Below, one piece after another: positions 63,701-64,000 of a DNA stretch of 64,000 bases; the first letter of the stretch is position 1, and each line of letters starts with the position of its first letter. A model generated the notes under the pieces. It made no database searches. It was not told where the DNA came from and was given only the letters and a program-made list of their open reading frames with translations. A program made the translations under genes and the position numbers. Source of the DNA: Eledone cirrhosa (Eukaryota); contig OZ024743.1 in the NCBI GenBank assembly GCA_964016885.1, forward strand, positions 338,768,001-338,832,000, in the 5' to 3' direction.

Positions 63701-64000
63701 GTAAGGATATAATCTACCTGGCTTGTGTGTTCCCCCGATCTATAGGTGATCAAGTGATTGTCTCGTTTTTTGAAGTTAGTGTTACAGATAGTTAAGTTAT
63801 TTGCGTCGCAGAATTCCAGGATTCTGGAGCCTTCCTCATTTCTAGTACCGAACCCATAGCCTCCATGGATTCCGTCATAGCCGTCACAATGTTGTCCAAC
63901 GTGACCATTTAGGTCGCCTGTAATAACTATATAGTCACTGTCGGTTATTTGGGAGGTAGCGAGCATCAGTGTCTCGTAGAATCTGTCTTTTATAGCGCCG
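60794..64000 (-). mobile_element. RTE LINE (APE + RT), young, one frameshift near 62300; extends beyond window
   Basis: GDLNGHVG, RNEEG, VDYIL, SQHR (APE); FVDLEKAFDRV, YADN; ~110-bp tandem duplication in 3' UTR at ~60908-61128. Confidence 0.93.

Overview
Repeat-dense, AT-rich animal DNA. The microsatellite load, RTE-LINEs with (CAT)n tails and tRNA-SINE types suggest a coleoid cephalopod such as Octopus (inference, not proven). The right third holds a multi-exon + strand DNAJA3/Tid1 gene: J-domain HPD, G/F region, CxxC zinc fingers and part of the C-terminal domain. It runs off the window, and its introns contain SINEs, TTAA MITEs and oppositely oriented RTE copies. The left two-thirds is a retroelement nest: a Tx1/L1-type element, CR1-type, RTE and Penelope-like elements (PLEs). 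The most striking feature is invisible in the ORF track. The 476-478 bp tandem array at 28866-33499 carries an intact-looking minimal type I hammerhead ribozyme in nine positions, one per complete unit, and flips orientation at a 5-bp microhomology, giving a head-to-head retrozyme-like array. About ten more hammerhead motifs from unrelated families occur across the window, often in head-to-head palindromes beside (TA)n tracts, including both ends of a 3.9-kb head-to-head PLE that is a plausible mobilising partner. All ribozyme calls were folded by eye and need computational and biochemical confirmation.
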